From the NCBI RefSeq assembly GCF_006345805.1, contig NC_043007.1, positions 76,570,001-76,634,000 of the forward strand: 64,000 nt of DNA, in the 5' to 3' direction. The DNA is from Octopus sinensis (taxonomy: Eukaryota). The notes beneath the pieces were generated by a model. It was not told the origin of the DNA and made no database searches. It saw only the letters and a list, made by a program, of their open reading frames with translations. A program made the translations under genes and the position numbers. This document shows, piece after piece, positions 24,815-38,329 of the stretch (position 1 is the first letter of the stretch; each line of letters opens with the position of its first letter).

Positions 24815-25499
24815 TGTGTGTATGTGTGTGTGCGTGTGTGTGTGTGCGTGTGTGTGTTTCTCCTCATTACAGGTTGACAACCGTGTCGGTGTCTTTACAT
24901 CCCCGTAACTCAGCAGTTCGGCAAAAAGAGAGCAATATTATAAGAACTAGGTTTTAAAGCATACGAAAGTATTGTGATCGATTCATTGGACTAACAATTC
25001 TTCAAGGCGGTGCCCCACCATGGCCGCAGTCTAATGACTGAAACAAGCAGAGGAATAAAAAGGACTTTATATATAGAGAGAAAAATTTCATTATGATTTT
25101 AATATACATTGAAGCCTAGTGTAATTTGATATTGTGAAATATCTATGTAAGGGAGTTCGACTGCGCATCATCCTTCGACCTGCAGCAGCTGTCTTCTTCT
25201 TCCAGTCTGGACTCATGCCATTAGCCACAAAGAATAATCTCTAATTCGAGCCTACTCTAAGCTACTAAAAATGCATGTGGCAACTTGAAGATCCACCCAC
25301 CACACGCGATAGACTGGCGGTTGCACGGGCGCCAAAGGTACGTTGTTATCCTCATTCCGTAAACAGTGGCTTTTAACGGGTGGAGAGCTGAACCATCCTG
25401 GGGTACAGAAGATTCGCAATCTAGACTAGGGTCTGAAAGTTTTACCACACCATAGTGGGTTACACCAAGGCTCTTCTGCTTTGTGGCTGAAGTAGGAAG

Positions 25500-26045
25500 A
25501 AAGAGTGGGAGAAAGTTGTGGTGAAATAGTACAGCGGGGTTCACCACCCCACTGCCGGAGCCTCGGGGAGCTTAGGTGTTTTTGCTCAACGTTATCACGC
25601 CAAGCGAAATGCTTAGCGGTATTTCGTCTGCCGCTACGTTCTGAGTTCAAATTACGCCGAGGTCGACTTTGCATTTCATCCTTTCGGGGTCGATTAAATA
25701 AGTACCAGTTACGCACTGGGATTGATATAATCGACTTAATCCGTTTGTCTGTCCTTGTTTGTCCTCTCTGTGTTAAGCCCCTTGTGAGTAGTAAAGAAAT
25801 AGGTATTTCGTCTGTCTTTACGTTCTGAGTTCAAATTCAGCCAAGGTCGTCTTTGCCTTTCATCCTTTCGGGGTCGATAAATTAAGTACCAGTTGCGTAC
25901 TAGGGTCGATCTAATCGACTGACACCCTCCCCCAAAATTTCAGGCCTTGTGCTTAGAGTAGAAAAGAATGCCCGGTCTGCGAATCGAAACTGCGTTCTTA
26001 CGACCGCGAGTCCGCTGCCCTAACCAGTGGGCCGTCGTGCCTCCA
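25500..26045. mobile_element. family C SINE (minus) split by a family A SINE dimer (plus, ~25590-25965)
   Basis: Halves at ~25500-25590 and ~25965-26045 join to match 609-924. Confidence 0.75.
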
Positions 26046-26342
26046 CGGCAGCAGCTGTTGTCATTGTTGCTGTTACTTATTTGAGAACGATGATTGATGA
26101 GCAGAAATATCAAATTCGTAAATTCGAAATATCAAATTCGTAAATTTCAACATAAATAAGAGTGAAAAAAAAAAGGAATTATTGAAAACAAAGAAATGTT
26201 ATTGACTCAAAATTAACGAAAATAGGTTAACGGCAGTGGAATGACCAACATGTGGCATAAAACTGCTGTTACTAATGATACTGCGGGTGCTGCTACTGTT
26301 GCTGCTGTTGCTGCTACTACTGCTGCTGCTGCTAGTATCAGC

Positions 26343-26394
<52 letters not shown>

Positions 26395-26729
26395 GGGAGA
26401 GCATCATAGCCATGTGTTGAGAGGGATTCTTTGGGGTTTGAATAACTCACCTCTGGAAACATGGGTGGTTCTTTCAACATCCTTAAACAACCCTTATTCA
26501 GGGACCTTTTGAGCGGGATGGGCTACTCAACCTGAAGAAAATTCTAACTGGGCCCCACTTGCAAGGTCATGTGCTGTTTATCTTGATATGAGATCACAAT
26601 ATCGCGCACATATGGTTGTGATGCATGTACCTGGTGTACCCTTATCAGACGGGTAGTCATGATGGGTATATTGGGCTTCGTATATTTTACCCCAGTGTCA
26701 CTTTGATGGCATGAACTGCTCTCTCACTC
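26395..26729. mobile_element. non-coding interspersed element embedded in (AAT)n
   Basis: Bounded by AAT arrays on both sides; partial copy at ~2885-3000. Confidence 0.65.
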
Positions 26730-26807
26730 AATAATAATAATAATAATAACAATGATAATAATAATAATAATGATGATGATAATAATCCTTTCTACTGTAT
26801 GCAAAAA

Positions 26808-27055
26808 TAAAGATTGTTTGCCAACATAATATGGCACTCCTGGTTTAGGACTAACGTTGCTGTAATTTGGCACCAGGAGACATCGTCTCCAGCTCGCTAT
26901 ACGACACGATCTGTGTCCTTCTATTTTCGAATAAAGGAATACAAGGACACAGATCGTGTCGCATAGCCAGCTGGAGACGATGTCTCCTGGGGCTAAATTA
27001 CAGCAACATTAGTCCTAAACCAGGACTGCTATGTTATGTTGGCAAACAATCTTTA
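26808..27055. repeat. fold-back palindrome, 113-bp arms, 22-nt loop
   Basis: 26808-26920 is the near-perfect reverse complement of 26943-27055. Confidence 0.95.
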
Positions 27056-27299
27056 CTGTTGCTGAATATCTCACGTTGATAGATTTAAAAATAGTAATTT
27101 TCTAATTTAGACAAGCCTTAAATTTTGAGTAGGGAAGTAGGTGATTACAGTATATTACTGGTACTTAATTTATCGATCGCGAAAGGATGGAGGGCAAAGT
27201 CAACCTCGGCGGAATTTCAGCTTAAAACATAATGACGAACCAAATATTGCTTAGCATTTTGCCCAGCGTGCTAACGTTTCTGCAGCTGACTGCTTTATA

Positions 27300-27501
<202 letters not shown>

Positions 27502-28152
27502 AACAAACCTACATAAACTGGAGACAGAAACACCCTGAAGCAAGACCCTACATAGACAGTAACAAACTTACCAACATCAGAAGAAACATTATAAAAAAAA
27601 ATTACTGACTGAAGTAGAGATTGACCAAATTAGACAAGCAGTAACGGATAGAATGAACGAAGCTGCAGTTAAAGAAGATAATACAGAGGAAATAATTATA
27701 GACCAGCCCAGAGCTGATAAAAACGAAGTAAGGATTGAAAGAGTTAGTATAAGTGAACCAAACATAAACACTAAGACAGATGAACATCAAATAGATGAAG
27801 AAAGTCACACAAATATTGACCCGACAGAACTACATGAGCTAAAAAGTCAAATCATGATTGAATGGCTGAAAATTAAAGAAACCAGTATGGATGAACGTGA
27901 TACACTCCCTAAAATCCGCAACTCTAACCAAAACATGAAAATAATTGGTAAAATCTGGCTTGCACTTAAGGATATAATTTCAGCTAATGATGTCGATATC
28001 ACAGATCTCAACCACCTGTTCTATGCATCCGCGAAAATCTCAACGATCCTATGTGGTGAAAAGATTAGAAAACGGCAACATTTCCACAAAAAGCCTTCTT
28101 GGCAAGAGCGTTTGCAACAACAAATTAAACTATTTAGATCTGACACTGAATC
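27502..28152 (+). pseudogene. Dong/R4-clade non-LTR retrotransposon N-terminal fragment
   Basis: TYINWRQKHPEARPYIDSNKLTNIRRNII(fs in A9)KLLTEVEIDQIRQ ... LNHLFYASA ... KPSWQERLQQQIKLFRSD; cut off by a SINE at 28153. Confidence 0.7.
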
Positions 28153-28448
28153 CTTGTGAGTGGATTCGGTAGACAGAAACTGAAAAGAAGCCCATCGTAT
28201 ATATGTGTATATATATATATATATGCATGTGTGTGTTTGTGTACCTGTGTTTGTCCTCCTAGCATTGCTTGACAACCGATGCTGGTGTGTTTATGTCCCC
28301 GTTACTTAGCGGTTCGGCAAAAGAGACCGATAGAATAAGTACTGGGCTTACAAAAGAATAAGTCCCGGGGTCGGGTTGTTCGATTAAAGGCGGTGCTCCA
28401 GCATGGCCGCAGTCAAATGACTGACACAAGTAAAAGAGTAAAAGAGTA
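28153..28448 (+). mobile_element. 5'-truncated family B SINE
   Basis: Matches ~29000-29325. Confidence 0.85.
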
Positions 28449-28732
28449 TATATATAAACATATATATATATATGTCTTTACCTTTATACATACATTTATA
28501 TAATTGATGTTGGACAGATTACATCCCTGTAACTTAGAGGTTCAGAAAAAGACAAACATGTACCAGACTTTAGAAAGTAAGTACTGGTGTTATTTGCTTC
28601 ACTAAACGTTTCAAGGCGATGCCCCAGCATGGCCTCAGCCTCTGGTTGAAATCAATAAAACAATGAAACAATAAAACAACAAAGCAATAGAAGGATAGGT
28701 AGATGGATAGACAGACAGACAGACAGACAGAC

Positions 28733-28763
<31 letters not shown>

Positions 28764-28817
28764 CAGACAGATAGATAGACAGACAGAAAGACAGACAGAC
28801 AGAAAGACAGATGATTA

Positions 28818-28880
<63 letters not shown>

Positions 28881-28881
<1 letters not shown>

Positions 28882-29045
28882 GCGCAGGAGTAGCTATGTG
28901 GTAAATAGCTTGCTAACCAACCACATAATTCCGGGTTCAGTCCCACTGCGTGGCATCTTGGGCAAGTGTCTTCTGCTATAGCCCTGGGCCGACCAATGCC
29001 TTGTGAGCGGATTTGGTAGACGGAAACTGAAAGAAGCCTGTCGTA

Positions 29046-29113
<68 letters not shown>

Positions 29114-29325
29114 TGTGTCTGTCGTTGTCCCCCTAGCATTGCTTGACAACCGATGCTGGTGTGTTTACGTCCCCGTTACTTAGCGGTTCGGCAAAAGAGA
29201 CCGATAGAATAAGTACTGGGCTTACAAAGAATAAGTCCCGGGGTCGATTTGCTCGACTAAAGGTGGTGCTCCAGCATGGCCGCAGTCAAATGACTGAAAC
29301 AAGTAAAAGAGTAAACGAGTAAAAG
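28881..29325 (+). mobile_element. full-length family B SINE inserted in a (GATA)n array
   Basis: A box TAGCTATGTGG, B-box-like GGTTCAGTCCC, CORE-like CTTGGGCAAGTGTCTT, internal (TA)/(TG). Confidence 0.9.
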
Positions 29326-29406
29326 ATAGATAGATAGATAGATAGATGGATAGAGAGAGAGATGTGGATAAAATGGCACATATGAATTTTTATTATATTC
29401 TGGTAA

Positions 29407-29820
29407 GGCGGCCAGCTGGCAGAAACGTTAGCCGCCGGGCGAAATGATTATCAGTATTTCGTCTGCCCTTACATTCTGAGTTCAAACGCCGCCGAGATTG
29501 ATTTTGCGTTCATCCTTTCGGGGTCGATTAAATAAGTACCAGTTACGCACTGGGGTCGATGTAATCGAATTAATCCCTTTTTCTGTCCTTGTTCGTTCCC
29601 TCTATGTTTAGCCCCTTGTGGGAAATAAAGAAATAAGAAACGTTAGCAGCATTTCGTCTGTCTTTACGTTCTGAGTTGAAATTCCGTCGAGGTCGACTTT
29701 GCCTTTCGTCCTTTCGGAGTCGATAAATTAAGTACCAGTTGCGTACTGGAGTCAATCTAATCGACTGCCCCCCTCCCCCATCAAAAAATTTCGGGCCTTG
29801 TGCCTAGAGTAGAACAGAAT
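29407..29820 (+). mobile_element. family A SINE dimer
   Basis: Head GGCGGCCAGCTGGCAGAAACGTTAGC followed by two modules. Confidence 0.85.
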
Positions 29821-30523
29821 ATTGTATTCCGGTATAATAATTAGAAGAAAAAAAAAGAAGTTACGGTCTAAGGGAAACAACTGTGTTCAAGTAATTTACA
29901 GCAAGTTGCTTCCCTTGTAGCCGGGCAAAAACTTTCAACTATAACATCGACGCCATTTTTTTCGATTAAGTTGCCGTGTCATATTAATGTATATACGCTA
30001 ATACACACTTATATACCGATAGCATTATATATATAGATATAGACATACATATATATATACTAACTTGCACTGAGGTGATGGCCTACGAATATCGATTTGC
30101 TTATGCTGTTGAAAACGCATCAAAATCATATAAACAAAAGATCATTATCACAAAATAAATCTAACGGTCTATGGGAGATAACTCGTGCATGTTCACAGGC
30201 GTTGTTATGAGTTTATAGGCGTTGATTATTTCCCTTTGACTGTGCTCATGCTTGCATTTCCGTCAGTAATTTTGCCATTTGGGGTTATTACTGCTTTGCA
30301 TCTTGTTGCATGTGAAATTGTTCTGTAATTTAAATGAAGTCCTTATTTGACCGTTGCACTATGTAATTAATTTTCTAAATAGACTTTACAATTCTCTATT
30401 TAGAAAACATATATTTAGCTTCGTTATGAAAATAAACAATAACGTTTTTGTCTTAAATTTTTATTAACATTTATTAAGACTTGGGAGAGTTTTTCTTCTT
30501 TGGGACAGATAGACCGAAATGGG

Positions 30524-30600
30524 GAAAACATTTCATTGAAAACATTTCATTGAAAACTTTTCATTGAACACATTTCATTGAAAACTTTTCATTGAAAACA
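30524..30600. repeat. 14-bp minisatellite (GAAAACWTTTCATT), about 5 units
   Basis: Seen directly. Confidence 0.9.
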
Positions 30601-30825
30601 CTAAGCGTGATTGACCGTGGTTCTGCGCTATTATTTAGTGGTATTAAATACTAAATCAGCGGAATGTTGCACTTAGGCTAAAATTTACAAAAATTGACCG
30701 CCATATATTTTAGCTCCCTTGTTAAAATGAACGGATGAATACGGCATGTGTATGCGTGTGCCTTTGTTTGTGTGTGCGCGTGCGTGTGTGTGCGTGTGTG
30801 TATGTGTGTGTGTGTGTGTGTGTGG

Positions 30826-30865
<40 letters not shown>

Positions 30866-31674
30866 TGTGTGTGCGCGTGCGTGCATACGTGCGTGCGTGT
30901 AATACTAAATTTTCCTCTTCTTCCTCTTACTCTCGCGCTCTCCTTCTCTCTCTCTCTTCTTTCCAGCTTTCTTTCTTATTCCCCCGCCTCTTTTTCACTA
31001 CCTCTTTCTTTTCTCCTCTTCTCCCCCCCTCTCTCTCTGTATCTCTATCTCTTTATCTTTCATTCTCTGTCTCTCTTCTTTTCACACTTTATCTCTCTCT
31101 CGTTCATACCCCCATCACTCTCCTTTCCCTCTTTCTCTCGTTTTTCATTCTCTTTCTCTTTCTCCTTTTCGCCTCTTTCTATCTCTCTTTTCTGCTTTCT
31201 CACACACTGGTACTAACTGAGTCTATGAAACAAACGAGTTATTTCCCTTGGACCATTAGTTACCCTTATTGAGTTTAACTTAAAACTAAATATTTTGTCT
31301 TTGGATTTGGTTTGCAAGATACTTTATGTGAGTTCATGTGTTAAAGCATATTCCGTTGTATCTGGGGAGAGTCATTTTCTTTTTGTGCCTTATAATTTAA
31401 CCTCTTCAATTAACATTAATCGATGTTTTCTTTTCTTTTTCCATGTTTCCACCGTTCGTATAGATAAGATATGAGCTTCTAACCTCCCTGCAACCTTCCA
31501 GTACTTTTCCACTTCCAATATTTTGCTTGGCTGTTATTTTTGTTGTTTAAATACAATCGGTTTCCATCTAATCTTGGGGGTTGATGGGGTTATGTTAACC
31601 TAAACCCTAAAATTTTAAATAGGATTTGTCTAGGCTAATTTATTTCCTATGATATACATACATACATACATACA

Positions 31675-31707
<33 letters not shown>

Positions 31708-32547
31708 CATCATCATCATCATCATCATTTAACGTCCGCTTTCCATGGGTTGGACGGTTCAACTGGGGTCTGGGGAGCCCGAAGGCTGCACCAGGCCAGT
31801 CAGATCTGGCAGTGTTTCTACAGCTGGATGCCCTTCCTAACGCCAACCACTCCGAGAGTGTAGTGGGTGATTTTATGTGCCACCGACACAGGTGCCAGAC
31901 GAGGCTGGCGAACGGCCACGCTCGGATGGTGTTTTTATGTGCCACCGACACAGGTGCCAGACGAAGCTGGCGAACGGCCACGCTCGGATGGTGTTTTTTT
32001 ATGTGCCACCGACACAGGAGCCAGATTAGGCTGGCGATCGGCCACGATTGGATGGTGATTGTTATGTGCCCACAGCATGGAGGCCAGTCGGTGCGGTACT
32101 GGCTACAGCCACGTTCAGATGGTTTTCTTGTGTGCCACCGGCACTGGTACCACAAAGATACAAATTCCATTGATGTTCATCTATTTTGATTTTGTTTGAT
32201 TTTCACTTGCCTCAACAGGTCTTCACAAGTGTCACAAGAAGGAAGGTATGCACAGGTGGACTGACTACGTCCCAGGTAGGGGCCACGGGTTATGGCCTGA
32301 CTAGTCTTGCCGGGTCTTCTCATGCACAGCATACTTCCATAGGTCTCGGTCTCTAGTCATTTCCTTGGTGAGACCTAAAGTTCGTAGGTCGTGCTTCACC
32401 ACTTCGTCCCAGGTTTTCCTGGGTCTACCTCTTCCACAGGTTCCCTCAACTGCTAGGGTGTAGCACTTTTGCACACAACTATCTTCAGCCATTCTCGTCA
32501 TATGACCATACCAGCGCAGCCGTCTCTCTTGCACACCACAACTGACG

Positions 32548-32548
<1 letters not shown>
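31708..32548 (-). mobile_element. RTE LINE 3' end (RT C-terminus, long 3' UTR with ~55-bp internal repeats, (TGA)n tail)
   Basis: RRLRWYGHMTRM..GRGRPRKTWDEVV; related 3' UTR copies at 43480-43935, 48233-48680 and 62920-63627. Confidence 0.9.
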
Positions 32549-32584
<36 letters not shown>

Positions 32585-32804
32585 GGAGTAAACACATAAA
32601 TGTGAAACAAGGTGGAAAAAAGAGTACTCAAATACCAGTGGTAGAGTAAGCAAGTCCATTTTTAAAGATGTAGCGTTTATACTAGTCTGGATAGAATTGA
32701 CATATTGGTCCTATTCTAGCAAAAACTGTCCGATGAACGGCAACGTGAAACTCAGAGTAACAGGTTTTGTTGAATTTTCTGCTGCTTTAAATAAAGTATA
32801 TATA

Positions 32805-33317
32805 TCTATATATATAAAACTGTAGTTGTGTGAGTGTCTGTCCCCTTCGATTTAGATTCCTAACTACTCCCACATTTTGCGGTGCAGTTTAACCAAATTC
32901 GGGTATCTTATAGTCGTGATTCATATCGAGCCCGTCTGAGTATTAGTGCACGTCTACGATGAGTCTACGATTTTAAAAATAATTTAATATCATTTTTTAT
33001 TCCATTTTAATGCATAATTTTTCGTGTGTCGATGGCGGCGGAGTTGGCGTCCATGGTCACACCTGCACCTGTTTGCTTCTCCCCCTTCTTCCCTCCCTCG
33101 TGAAGCTGTGGGGAAGGGAGTGTAAGGAAATCAACGTCGTAAAGCGTTGTCAAGGAGACCAGCGTTCTTTTAGAACAACGACTTCATGGCTTGAAGACAC
33201 CAAAACAGAAATGGCTAAGAAAGCCCGAATTGGCATATATAAGGGAAGTAACTCTCTAAAAATGCTTATATAGTTATTTCCCTTACAAACCCGAGCAACG
33301 CCGGGCGATACTGCTAG
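32805..33317 (+). mobile_element. non-autonomous Helitron (same family as 9635-10895)
   Basis: 5' TCTATATATATAAA; identical 3' end ...ACCCGAGCAACGCCGGGCGATACTGCTAG. Confidence 0.8.
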
Positions 33318-33512
33318 AATATATATAAAATTATAACTTAGGGTATCTATGAGATACTTCCATGCTGAAAATAGCAGCCAGGATTTGACACCTAGCTGCT
33401 ATTTTCAGCATGGCGGTATCTCATAATTTTAATAATAATTATTATCTTTGAAGGTTTTTATTTCCATGTCCACTTGATAAGATCGTTATTTAATTTAAAT
33501 TAACGATCTTAT

Positions 33513-33555
<43 letters not shown>

Positions 33556-33566
33556 ATATATATATA

Positions 33567-34689
33567 TTAAGGTATGTAGAAAAATACAACATGGACAAGA
33601 ACGTATAACTCTTAGAAGACGATACAATAAACACGGACAGGACATTCGAAACCCTCAGTCTTCAGTCAAGAACCGGATCATCGTAGTAATTTCGGCTGAT
33701 TAATCTTGAGATTACTAGATCACGGCCAGCCCTCCAAGAAAAACTAAGCAACGAGCATTAGAAGAACTAAGCTGGGAGCGTAGATTTCCTGGAAGAAGGA
33801 TCGAATGCATACGGACACCAGGACAGCAAAAGGGACGAATATAAAAAAACAAAAAAATAATGGAATACAGAAACATGAAATACAGAAGCATTAACGGTGA
33901 AAACAACAACAAGTGTCTTACGACTGATAACAAGCAAACAAATTATTTCTCTGGCGCAAGGAAAGGAGCCTTATCGGCGATGCCTATAGCGGCGGACGAA
34001 AAACAATGATGGTCAGAAGCTGAAAGGCAGATTTCGGCCAGCAGTCACGTGACAGAGAAGAGAGAAAAGAAAAGAAAGAGAAGCAACGGAAGAGAGAGAG
34101 AGAGGAGGGACAAACGCAACAAAGAGAGAGAAGAGAGAGAAAGAAGGAATCAGAGAGGAGAAGGGATGGGTGTCGAAGATTGACCTGTGAGTGCAGAGCG
34201 AGACAAAGAATTAGGAGGGTAGTGGAAGATTAGACCAAAGAATCAGAGGAAAGAGAAGAGAAAAAGAGGATGAGTAGAGAGAGAAGGGGACAGATCAAGT
34301 AAAAGTGAGAGAGAGAGAGAGACAAACAAAGAGTCGTACCAGTTATTAAGAATATGTGCTCACATTAATGTTAAGAGGGTACGTGGCGCCTGGAATATAT
34401 GTTAAGGTATGTAGAAAAATACAACATGGACAAGAACGTATAACTCTTAGAAGACGATACAATAAACACGGACAGGACATTCGAAACCCTCAGTCTTCAG
34501 TCAAGAACCGGATCATCGTAGTAATTTCGGCTGATTAATCTTGAGATTACTAGATCACGGCCAGCCCTCCAAGAAAAACTAAGCAACAAGCATTAGAAAA
34601 ACTAAGCTGGGAGCGTAGATTTCCTGGAAGAAGGATCGAATGCATACGGACACCAGGACAGCAAAAGGAATGAATATAAAAAAACAAAA
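33567..34689. mobile_element. element with 288-bp near-identical direct terminal repeats (Penelope pseudo-LTR-like)
   Basis: 33567-33854 and 34402-34689 differ by about four substitutions by eye; GA-rich non-coding interior. Confidence 0.7.
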
Positions 34690-34872
34690 TATATATATAA
34701 AGGAAGTAATTCATGACAAACTTTGAAAAAAATTGGGCAAAATTAAAATTGATGCAAATAAAAGTTTGCTTTAAAAAATGAAGGTCATTGAGAAGTGGAA
34801 GTTAGTTGCAATATTAGTATTAAAAATTGTCACCCAAACCTGCTTTCTCTGGAGTATCATTACCCTGCTTAC

Positions 34873-34987
34873 TATACAGTGCAAAGACTTTGGATAATTA
34901 GGAAAACAAATCTATTCAAATCTTTGGTGGGGAAACTTTGAAGAAAACAAAGCAAATGAGATACGCCAAGTTCCAAATTAACTAATG
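34873..34987 (-). CDS. candidate internal exon of an unidentified host gene
   Basis: ttttttacacaattcttgtag acceptor, GTAAGC donor; only one frame open: LVNLELGVSHLLCFLQSFPTKDLNRFVFLIIQSLCTV. Confidence 0.45.
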
Positions 34988-35459
34988 CTACAAGAATTGT
35001 GTAAAAAATATTCTTTCTAATTTTAGCAAAAAACCAACAATTCAAGAGCAGGGAGCAAATTGATTACATCAAATCCAGTAACTGACTGGTACTTATTTTA
35101 TCAACACTAAAATGATGAAGGGCAATGCTGGGATTTGAACTCTGAAAGTAATAAACCAGAAGAAAGGCTGTTTGGTATTTTGTCCCATACACTAACGATC
35201 CTGCCAGCTTGCCATCTTAATTATATAGACAGTGTTGCAAAATGTAATCTATATGTCGTGTGTGTTATAGTAGTGCTGATGTTTTTGTTGCTATTGTTTA
35301 ACCCAAGGTCAAACGTGATCAAGCAGGTTAATAATCAAAGACATTCCAACAGTGACCCTCTTATCTTTCCCTGTATTAGAAATGTCATCCCAATATATCC
35401 TTATTCACAATGGTACTCTGTGATCTGAGTGAGATTTGTCCACTACATCTAACATACCA

Positions 35460-36174
35460 GCACACTACAACCATTAAACCAATGAAAAGATGTCTATTAA
35501 GTCACCAAACCAGTTTGATGGAGCTACCCATTTCACTGTCCCAAATTTTCCCTACAATTTTGAAAATGGTATATTATTAACACTGAGGAGATTTCAAACC
35601 CTGCTGGAGCTGGGTTTGATCTTGCCTTTCATACTTTACAAATTTACAAATTATTTGATTGATTGTTCCAAATATATTTTCTAAATTTTTAACTCCAAGA
35701 TTTAGGCTTCCCTGAGTTGAAGGTGTTCCCGCACTATGGCCCTTATTGGCCCATACATGAACCCAGTCCTGGTTGTTCATCTTCTTTATGGTTTTGTACC
35801 AAGTTAGAATTATTACAAGCTCTAACTGAAAACTGGGTCTTTGGACTCCCTAATGTCACATTCTTGAATTGTTTAACTCAATTAATTCTTTAAATGTTTA
35901 ATTACAGATCAAATGGTTTCAGCAGTAGATTTTATGTATAATTCATTCAACAGCAAAGACAGAATAGCCTCAGCCAGCTTCATACCATGAGTCCAGTTAA
36001 ACAGAGCAGATCTACCCTACTTTCTATGCCTAGCTTAATTGCTATATCTCTGGCCTCTTGGTTAATACTGTCATAAGTCTGGGGGTGGGATAGCTGTGTA
36101 ATGTTGTTGTTAAGAAACCGTGCACATATGTTTTCTACTTACTCTGTAAAAATTTTTAGTCTTATCAGAGAAGA
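35460..36174 (-). pseudogene. Penelope-like RT/GIY-YIG relic (left, inverted copy)
   Basis: Reverse complement of 36191-36374; SVIKHLKN and KFRKYIW..KARS resemble PLE RT and endonuclease motifs. Confidence 0.55.
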
Positions 36175-36190
36175 GAATGGTCCTATCAGA

Positions 36191-36595
36191 TCTTCTCTGA
36201 TAAGACTAGAAATTTATATAGAGTGAGTAACGACACATACGCACAGCTTCTTAATAACAGCATTATACAGATGTACAGGTGAGCTAACCAAACTCCCTGC
36301 TCACTAGATGTATGATAGTATTAACCAAGGGGCCAGAAATATAGCAATTAAACTAGGCATAGAAGAGAGGGTAAAAACGCTAGCAAAGAAAAAGGCTTTC
36401 ATAACAATCAAGGATCATAAACCAAACTTTACCTCTAAACCCTAAATGCAGACTGATAAACCCTGTGAAGTCTGAGATCAGACAGGTGAGCAAACGGCTC
36501 ATCAGGAAAATCAGTAACGGCGTCAGAAATGCCTCTGACCTCACCCTATGCCACAATACCAATGTGGTCATTACATCGTTTAAAAACAATAGCAT
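36191..36595 (+). pseudogene. Penelope-like reverse transcriptase fragment
   Basis: SDKTRNLYRV, KKAFITIKDHKPNFTSKP*CRLINPVKSEI match the PLE RT motif AFITLKDHK..F...P.CRLINP.KSE. Confidence 0.85.
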
Positions 36596-38165
36596 GTTCG
36601 TGTATCACCTGGTTAACTATACAGGTGACTAGGCTATAGCCGACACTACCAGATATTTTGAGCATCTCTGCAGTAATTCCTGATGGGCCGAGGGCTTTCC
36701 CTGTCTTCATACTTTTAATTGCTTTATCTACCAAGGTACTGTCAACTCAGATAGCTGGTCCCTCTGTTGGGTCGACATTCGGCAGACTCTCTTCCTCCCA
36801 TTCATTTTCTTTATTCAGAAACCTTTCATGGCGTCTCCAAACCTCTTTCTTTGCAGCCTTATTTAGTGCAAGTGAGCCATCATCCATGGGAACATATTTC
36901 TCTCGTACAATATCACGATTCTCTCTCACACACTGTCTTGCAACATGAAATACCTCAAGTCATTGGTCCTCACAGCACAGAACATTGGCAAATTTTTTCT
37001 TATCTGCTTCCCCTCTGGTTAAGTAAACCTGCCTCCTAGCTTCCCTTCTGGCAGTCTGATACAATTCCCTGCTACCACTGTTCTTCCAGTCCTTCCAAGC
37101 CTGTTTCTTTTCTCTAATAGCCCTGTCAACAACATTGTTCCACCACCACATTATTTTGGATCAAGAGGGGACTTTGCACCATCCACAGATCTGGGCAGTG
37201 GCCCTTAGCAGGTTGTCTCATAGAAACCTCCAGTTGTCTTCTATATCGTGTGAAGCTATATCCCCTTCTATTTCGTCAAAAGCTTCGATTAATATGTCTC
37301 TAAATCTCCGTCCATTTGCCGGATCTTTAAGTCTCCAGACCCTTCTTCTCCTTGCTGGTCGTCTTCTGGGCATCCATTTAGCCCTGATCCTGAAGTCACT
37401 AACTACCAGTCTATGTTGTGGAGTACATTCTTCGCCTGGGAAGTTTTTGGCATTTATAAGCAGCCATCTTTCCCTTTTTCTGGTGAGGGTGTAGTCAATT
37501 TGACTAGTGTGTCTGCTAGAGTAGTAGGTGACTAGGTGACTGGCAGATTTTCTGAAGTTAGTGTTGCAGACCATAAGATCCTTTGCATCACAGAACTCCA
37601 GTGGCCTGGTTCCCTCCTCATTACGAAAGCCAAAACTGTAGCTTCCATGTATGCCATGGAAGCCCCCGACATGTCGTCCAACATGTCCTTTGAAGTCACC
37701 AGCCACAAAGAGAAGGTCCTTGTCATTTTTCAATGCAGTAGTCTGCAAGAGGGTGTCATAGAATCGGTCTTTCTGTCCATCGGATAGCCCTGGCTGAGGG
37801 GTATAGGCCGAGATAATGGTTGCTAACCCATGATGGAGCACTAATCTAATCTTAAGTATTCTGTCGCATACTCTAACTACCTCAATTACCTTATCTACCC
37901 ATTTCTCCACAAGAAGCATACCCACACCCCCAACCCCGTCAGTGTTCCCTGCCCAGAAAATCTTGTACCTGTGTTCTTTGCCTGTGAGGAGCCTAGCAGA
38001 ACCTCCTCTCCACCTTACTTCTTGGATGCAGCACATATCAACACATCTCCGTTCAAGCATCTCAACAATCTCACCAGACCTACCTTTCAGTGTGCCAACG
38101 TTGAGAGTGCCAACCCTGAGGGTGTGGGAGGTATGTGCCCTTAAGACCCTGGGACAGGGGACAGT
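36596..38165 (-). pseudogene. RTE LINE 5' part: APE domain through the start of RT
   Basis: LRVGTLNVGTL, CIQEVRW, GVGGVG, IISAYTPQ, VAGDFKGHVG, QIDY, QHRLVV, MKTGKALGPSGITAEMLK; frameshifted and 3'-truncated. Confidence 0.92.
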
Positions 38166-38329
38166 GGCGTCATATATATGTATATGTATGTATATGTATA
38201 TGTATGTATATGTATGCATATGTATATAATAATAATAATAATAATGATAATAATAATAATAATAATAATAATACAGAGGAGAGGAAAACAAAAATGCAAA
38301 TCCTAGGTAGTCAATCAAACTTTGGGTGC

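Noticed and set aside
33640-33675. CTGAAGA...CGAAT on the minus strand of the 288-bp repeat
   Set aside because: GAAU instead of GAAA, and no helix I complement
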